From Candidatus Thalassarchaeaceae archaeon (GTDB lineage Archaea > Thermoplasmatota > Poseidoniia > Poseidoniales > Thalassarchaeaceae), in the NCBI GenBank assembly GCA_030747675.1, contig JASLKH010000035.1, forward strand, positions 6,943 to 70,942: a stretch of 64,000 nt of DNA, read 5' to 3'. How positions within the stretch are numbered: the stretch's first letter is position 1; every line of letters begins with the position of its first letter. Positions 58,831 through 64,000 of this stretch are shown here, piece by piece. The position numbers and the translations under genes are program-made. The notes under the pieces are model-generated. The model was not told where the DNA came from and did not search any database. It saw only the letters and a program-made list of their open reading frames with translations.

Positions 58831-60333
58831 GTGAGTGACGCGAGGAGAGAGAGAGATCGACGGGCACTAATCCTGCTTTTCATTAGTGGATTTCTCGCTA
58901 TACAAATTCATTGGGCATTTGCAGTGTTAGGTTTATGGATAGTAATTCTTGGACAACTTGAAAATCGAGGATTTTTAGATCGTTGGAATGCAACCCGTGT
59001 ATTGGGTGGGATTCTGATGATTCGTACAAAACGGGGTCAAAGAGCTTTAGAAAAAATTGCGCAACCTCGTAAAGCATGGAGGGTTTTTGGCGAGATATCT
59101 CTGTGGACTTGCTATGGTGCAATGTTCCTGATTATTGGATTACTATTACTTTCAATTATTTCTGCAATTATGTATGGAGTTCCCAAAAGTGAGGCGCCCC
59201 CCAGTCAAATGATCCTAATTCCAGGAGTAAATCCAATAATTCCATTCTGGTGGCCGGCTCTTGCAATAATTGGAGCATTAGTCATTCATGAATATGGACA
59301 CGCTCTGCAAGCACGCGCACATGGAATGCGAGTACGCTCATTCGGATTGCTGATGTTGGGGCCTCTCCCCTTAGGTGCCTTCGCCGAACCGGAAGCTGAA
59401 GAATTATTCAAAGCACCAAGGAGGGAACGTGTGAGAATGTTTGCTGCTGGACCTGCTATCAACCTCTATGCTGCTTTGTTTACTTGGCTTCTAATCGGGG
59501 CATTGGCAACTCAATTTGCCGCAGCAGATCCGGGGGTACATGCATCAGGTATCATTGAAGATGCACCCGCCGATTTAGCGGAAATTCAGCCATGGGAAAT
59601 TATCACTCATTTTGATGGAATTGAAGTTTCAACCGCTCAAGGATTAAGCAATGAAATTGGAAAATTCAAAGCCGGTGATGAGGTTACTGTTCGTGTTCTA
59701 AGTCATGAAAATCAGGGAATCCGTACAGAACGGATTGTCAATGTTACTTTAGCCGATCGTCATGAATATTATCTTACTCAAGAAAATTTATCTGCGGCTG
59801 AACGTGATTGGGTTGAAGGAAATGTCAATCCAGGTGATGCATTCCTTGGCGTCTCTGGGATGGCTGGAGGAACTGTTGGGATGGACCGCATAGCGGGGCC
59901 ATTATCTGAAAATCAGGACAGTTCTCTGATATTCAAAGGACTTGGTGCTGCTTTACAACCAATTATAATCATCAGTACTCCGATTGAACATGGTGGTCAA
60001 ATTATGGATCCAAATGAAATGGAATATCTGGAAGCAGATGGTTGGCTAGGCGATTTACTAGGCAAACAAATCATGATGTTATTGATTACGGGATTGTTCT
60101 GGTTTGTATGGATGAACCTTGGACTTGGATTTGCAAATTTAATCCCAATCATCCCATTTGACGGTGGTCATCTAATGAAAGATATGTTACATTGGATCGC
60201 TGAAACCGTAAATCGTTTTACTAAAAACCCGCATCCAATGAAAGTTGAGCCGTTTGTGAATAGAATATCTTCTCTCAGTAGTTTGATTTTGTTCTTTGTA
60301 CTCTTATTACTAATGTTTGCACAATATCTCTAA
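58831..60333 (+). CDS. Site-2 protease (M50 family, RseP-like) with an embedded PDZ domain
   Basis: HEXXH (HEYGHAL) is in a TM helix. A PDZ-like segment is present (GIIEDAPADLAEIQPWEIITHFDGIEV...GDEVTVRV). The second zinc ligand motif NLIPIIPFDGG is present. The start is GTG. Confidence 0.8.
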   Translation: MSDARRERDRRALILLFISGFLAIQIHWAFAVLGLWIVILGQLENRGFLDRWNATRVLGGILMIRTKRGQRALEKIAQPRKAWRVFGEISLWTCYGAMFLIIGLLLLSIISAIMYGVPKSEAPPSQMILIPGVNPIIPFWWPALAIIGALVIHEYGHALQARAHGMRVRSFGLLMLGPLPLGAFAEPEAEELFKAPRRERVRMFAAGPAINLYAALFTWLLIGALATQFAAADPGVHASGIIEDAPADLAEIQPWEIITHFDGIEVSTAQGLSNEIGKFKAGDEVTVRVLSHENQGIRTERIVNVTLADRHEYYLTQENLSAAERDWVEGNVNPGDAFLGVSGMAGGTVGMDRIAGPLSENQDSSLIFKGLGAALQPIIIISTPIEHGGQIMDPNEMEYLEADGWLGDLLGKQIMMLLITGLFWFVWMNLGLGFANLIPIIPFDGGHLMKDMLHWIAETVNRFTKNPHPMKVEPFVNRISSLSSLILFFVLLLLMFAQYL

Positions 60334-61269
60334 TCATTCCTCTTCTTCAAATTGAAGTGTTTTCTCTTCTATTTCCGCTTGAATTACTTCTGGAGTTAAT
60401 TCCAGTGACTTATTCGCAATTCGTTCCCAAACTGCAGGGATGGCTAACAGCACGATTGCTGAAAATATCAATTTAGTCCATGATGCACTGGGAACTTGTT
60501 CACTATTATCGGATAATGCAAGTTTTACAGAACCTACCCAGGGAATTTCCGCTCCTGCAACACCAATAATCCAATCGTCTCGAACCGGTAATACACGTTG
60601 TCCATTCTCATCCAACAAACCACCTGAATGAGCACCTTTTTGATCATAACTACATCCATTTGTGATAGAATTATCACCTGTTGTCAAATATCCTGCATGA
60701 ACAGGATTCCAATCTTCGATTGTTAGATTCCCATAGTGAAAACAAGGGTAATCAATTTCTACAGTAATTGTTTCAACATTACTCACATTAGTCCCTGGAA
60801 TTGACCAAGTAAGAACACATGTTCCTTCTTCACCATCTAAATCAACTGTGATTGGATCCCAAGAGCCATTTTCACATTCACCAATATCTCGATTCACCGG
60901 TGTTTCTGTAGTGTGTGCATCTACACGTAATATTGCACGATGAATGACAGGAGTATCACTTCCTCCATTTTTTGAAAATATAATGACATCACCTGGCATT
61001 CCGTGGCTCTCATATCCATTCCCTGATTCAATCGATTCAACATATGTAATAATTTGTTTCTTTTCAGGAGACATTACCAAAACTAAATCTCCAGGGTCGA
61101 TAGCACCAATATTCCCCTCATTTTCATGCATCATTGAACCTGATTCAATAACAACCATTGGTGGCCAAGAACCAGTCATAAGTACTAATGCAGCGACAAG
61201 GGCTGTGATTAAACCCCCAGCAAGAAGGGCTTCGCGTGTCCAACTCCACGCTTCGCCCATGGCGGTCAC
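60334..61269 (-). CDS. Signal peptidase I (archaeal/eukaryotic S26B type) with a C-terminal extension and TM anchor
   Basis: An N-terminal TM helix is followed by a catalytic Ser context (VIESGSMMHE), then GDLVLV, GDVIIF and HRAIL. The C-terminus ends FEEEE. Confidence 0.6.
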   Translation of the reverse strand: MTAMGEAWSWTREALLAGGLITALVAALVLMTGSWPPMVVIESGSMMHENEGNIGAIDPGDLVLVMSPEKKQIITYVESIESGNGYESHGMPGDVIIFSKNGGSDTPVIHRAILRVDAHTTETPVNRDIGECENGSWDPITVDLDGEEGTCVLTWSIPGTNVSNVETITVEIDYPCFHYGNLTIEDWNPVHAGYLTTGDNSITNGCSYDQKGAHSGGLLDENGQRVLPVRDDWIIGVAGAEIPWVGSVKLALSDNSEQVPSASWTKLIFSAIVLLAIPAVWERIANKSLELTPEVIQAEIEEKTLQFEEEE

Positions 61270-62135
61270 TCCTCTTCTTCTATTGATTCAGGTCGGTCGC
61301 CTGAAGCAGGGAATGTTGACCAAAACACTAGAATTGAAAGCAATAAGAACACCCACCCAGAAAGGTCATCAAAATATGGAGCCGCATAAGAATCAATACG
61401 CTCACCATTCAACCATTCCCAAACATGAATTGTATTAACGCGCTCATCAAGTTCATTTCGAGCAAGACCAAAGATCATATTGTAAAGTTGTAAAGTCATT
61501 GCAATCAAACCAATACTTCCGATTGTTCTATTCACCAATGGAATACGAAATCCATCAAATGGAACCCATCGCGATAATCTAGAATCATCAGTACGCCACC
61601 AATCAATTAGCAAATCTTCTGCCACTTTGGTCTCCGCTTCACTAGGTGCGATTCTTGCTCGAAGAATTCCTTGTTCGATAAAATGGGCTTTCAAACGTGC
61701 CGACCACACGCTTCCAAGAAGGGTTGCTGCTTCTTCTGCATCTTTGCGCTGACGAGTCAAATCTGGTCGTGATGTTGTGTTCAATGTCTGTGTTAGGATT
61801 GACCATTGTCCATGATAATGAATGAATTCAGGAGCTGCAAAAATCATCAGTGTAACACCGATTAGTAGTCCCACCCATGTCCAACTAACCACATCTACTA
61901 ACTCAGGATCTGCCGCCCCGTCCATGAAAAAGAAGAATATTACAGACCACATCACTAAGCAAAAGCCCAGAGTTGAAAGTGTACCTAAAATAACCAAATG
62001 GCGATCGCGTTGTTTTTCCCACCAAGAAGTGAATGGCTTAAACATTGAATTTTTAATTTGACCAATCGTTCGTCCCAATGACATCGCAATCCCGGCTCGC
62101 CGAGGTGCTCTTGGATGTTGAGTGTTCGCCTTCAT
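61266..62135 (-). CDS. Hypothetical integral membrane protein
   Basis: I trimmed the start from 62333 to the ATG at 62135 (AGGGGGA 3 nt upstream), which removes overlap with the divergent gene at 62222. The protein is polytopic and its C-terminus is PESIEEEE. It overlaps the signal peptidase start by 4 nt. Confidence 0.4.
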   Translation of the reverse strand: MKANTQHPRAPRRAGIAMSLGRTIGQIKNSMFKPFTSWWEKQRDRHLVILGTLSTLGFCLVMWSVIFFFFMDGAADPELVDVVSWTWVGLLIGVTLMIFAAPEFIHYHGQWSILTQTLNTTSRPDLTRQRKDAEEAATLLGSVWSARLKAHFIEQGILRARIAPSEAETKVAEDLLIDWWRTDDSRLSRWVPFDGFRIPLVNRTIGSIGLIAMTLQLYNMIFGLARNELDERVNTIHVWEWLNGERIDSYAAPYFDDLSGWVFLLLSILVFWSTFPASGDRPESIEEEE

Positions 62136-62221
62136 TGTCCCCCTAACGCAGCCGGAATAGGTTGATATCCTAATGGCCGGAGTGTCGGCATAGCCGACAA
62201 GGCGAGAGGGGATGAAAAGAA

Positions 62222-64000
62222 ATGCGTCGAGTAGCGATAATGATTCTATCCGTACTGCTTTTTTCCTACACACTTCCGTTTGCATCTGCAGTAACTGAAA
62301 CGCAATATTCAGATGGTTCTTCGACTTTTTCAAATGTTTTCACTGCCGCTGGTGCTGCTGCAACACAAGGAGTAACTTTGCCCTATGGGGCAAGTGTAAG
62401 CGATGTGGAATTTGAACTTGAAGGTAAAGCATCACAGCAAACTTGGATTAATTTATCTTCTAATTCAGATTTTAATGGACCTGGTTCAACTAATACCAAT
62501 TTTTATCCAACGTGGTTTGCAGGGGCGTATCGACAAAACCTCGATGTTGATAACAATCAAGTTTCATTGAAACCGGTTGAAACAACCACATATTGGTCTC
62601 TTAGAAATTCTGCTGATGTTGCTAGCAGTAGTGGAGGTGTACACAATATTACTGGCGGACATTTCTCCGCAACTGACAACGGTCTTGTTGGTATGAAAAC
62701 TGAACGAACAGAAACACTGGGCACCTCTACGTGGAGTTATGTTGGCCCAGTAGTCAAACAACATGATGAACTTCACATCGCAAAGTGGTCTTCAACCAGT
62801 TTATCGAATGCACCACAAATATATCGATACAATGCAACCACAAATACATACATTGGTGCAACCACTTTGAATATCGGTTCTTGTACAAGTTCTGCAAACC
62901 GATATCTCTACGACATGACAAGTGATGGAGATGGAACTGTTTGGATGGTATCTTACAGTTATCGATACATTTCAAAATGGAGTGTTTCCAGTACAGGTTC
63001 TTACACTTGTCAACAAAGTTGGAGTGTAACATCATCAAGTGGTGCTACTCGCTACCCATATGGTATTGCCATTGATCCAACTGACAACGAAATGTACTTG
63101 CTAAGTGGAACTTATCAAAGTCCAAATTACGTCGTTGAATTATGGCAAGTCAATCGAACTTCACCAACATCTGTAGCTAATGGTGGACAAATGTTGACTC
63201 TTGGTTCTATTCAAAGTGGAAAAGGGACTCCATCTGGAGTAGATGTGCAAATGCCAAGAATCACTTACAATGTATTCTGCACTTATAGTTCAAGCACGAA
63301 TTGTCCAGCAAGTTCATGGCACAGTGTCTACATGGATTCAGGGGGTTTGTGGCCCGAGCACCAAGGAGATATTATGTTCGACGAAGCCCATTATGGAATA
63401 GAACGTATTGACGATGAAATTGCATATGTTTGTTTTTATTATTCCAACTACTGCGGAACAAATCAACGGTACAAGGTCAACTACCTTGGAGCCAGTGCAC
63501 CTTCTTGGGAAGGGACTCATGCTGCAAATTCTGCGGCTACAGTCACTTCCAATGTCAAGACATTGTCCAGTATGGTTACAAATGTAAAATTGGATGTTGC
63601 TATTGCATGGATCCCCACTGGAACCTCAATTGAATACATGATTACAAACGATGGTGGGACAACGTGGAAAAGAGCAACTTTAGGAAATACTGTCAGCTTT
63701 GCAAATGCTGGTAGTCAATTGGCTTGGAAGGCTTGGCTTAATGGTTCGGCAACTGATACGCCCATCCTTGACAGTGTTGGATTGGCGTATACTGCTTCCT
63801 TTGCTCGAGATGGGCAAATTCGAATGTATCGTTATTCACACACCGGAACAATGCCTGTCGCTGCAACGGTTTGGTGGAATGCTTCGACACCAGGTGGAAG
63901 TTCATTAGACGTTTATTGGTATACATCATCTACCGCTTGCAATGGGAAAACTCACAACTTGCCAACATCAGGTACCACAACAACATTCACCGGCACTCCA
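62222..64000 (+). CDS. Large secreted surface protein, 5' portion only (the ORF is open to the window end and absent from the ORF track)
   Basis: I translated frame 2 by hand. It starts MRRVAIMILSVLLFSYTLPFASA (a signal peptide), then about 590 aa of Thr/Ser/Gly/Asn-rich beta-type sequence with no stop through 64000. Confidence 0.5.
   Translation, partial: MRRVAIMILSVLLFSYTLPFASAVTETQYSDGSSTFSNVFTAAGAAATQGVTLPYGASVSDVEFELEGKASQQTWINLSSNSDFNGPGSTNTNFYPTWFAGAYRQNLDVDNNQVSLKPVETTTYWSLRNSADVASSSGGVHNITGGHFSATDNGLVGMKTERTETLGTSTWSYVGPVVKQHDELHIAKWSSTSLSNAPQIYRYNATTNTYIGATTLNIGSCTSSANRYLYDMTSDGDGTVWMVSYSYRYISKWSVSSTGSYTCQQSWSVTSSSGATRYPYGIAIDPTDNEMYLLSGTYQSPNYVVELWQVNRTSPTSVANGGQMLTLGSIQSGKGTPSGVDVQMPRITYNVFCTYSSSTNCPASSWHSVYMDSGGLWPEHQGDIMFDEAHYGIERIDDEIAYVCFYYSNYCGTNQRYKVNYLGASAPSWEGTHAANSAATVTSNVKTLSSMVTNVKLDVAIAWIPTGTSIEYMITNDGGTTWKRATLGNTVSFANAGSQLAWKAWLNGSATDTPILDSVGLAYTASFARDGQIRMYRYSHTGTMPVAATVWWNASTPGGSSLDVYWYTSSTACNGKTHNLPTSGTTTTFTGTP

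Noticed and set aside
1-64000. CRISPR arrays, rRNA genes, IS elements or long tandem repeats
   Set aside because: I saw no regularly spaced direct repeats, rRNA-like conserved blocks or transposase or integrase ORFs on reading both strands.

Overview
This window reads as a chromosomal segment from an archaeon, probably a marine euryarchaeon of the Marine Group II (Poseidoniales) type. I infer this from gene content alone; I ran no database searches.

The archaeal markers are a thermosome, chromosomal protein MC1, Hjc resolvase, a Cdc48 AAA ATPase, an NcsA-type tRNA thiolase, an S26B-type signal peptidase and TATA-proximal, probably leaderless, starts. GC content looks low to moderate (eyeball estimate, not computed).

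Most of the window is core housekeeping:
- nadA, an Mrp/ApbC ATPase, an arsC-like phosphatase, two tRNA-Gly genes, and a polyamine pair (agmatinase plus pyruvoyl AdoMetDC).
- Secreted M14 and M17 peptidases.
- A heat-shock locus: hsp20-dnaK divergent from the thermosome.
- A macro-domain protein and an sdh operon (membrane anchor, sdhA, sdhB).
- A crtI-like oxidoreductase, an aldehyde dehydrogenase, cdc48, ncsA, pyrBI, a GHMP kinase, hjc, a site-2 protease and a signal peptidase.

At least four very large secreted and membrane-anchored surface proteins are interspersed among these; one of them (20593..25734) carries PA14- and LamG-like domains. One runs off the window end and is missing from the ORF track.

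The ORF track uses GTG and TTG as starts. I trimmed several starts to homology-consistent ATG or GTG codons; these are marked in the evidence fields.

The observations I consider most worth a second look are:
1. Six independent membrane or membrane-associated proteins, including SdhA, end in a genome-encoded C-terminal tri- or tetra-glutamate ('EEE-COOH').
2. A three-gene minus-strand module: a Roadblock/LC7 protein, a 1078-aa protein with apparent Roadblock-like N-terminal repeats and a long coiled coil, and a small membrane protein. No GTPase is associated.
3. A MoxR-less DUF58 cluster immediately downstream of cdc48 and a PRC-barrel gene, separated from them by a GC-rich double-hairpin intergenic element.

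I saw no CRISPR array, transposase, integrase or rRNA.
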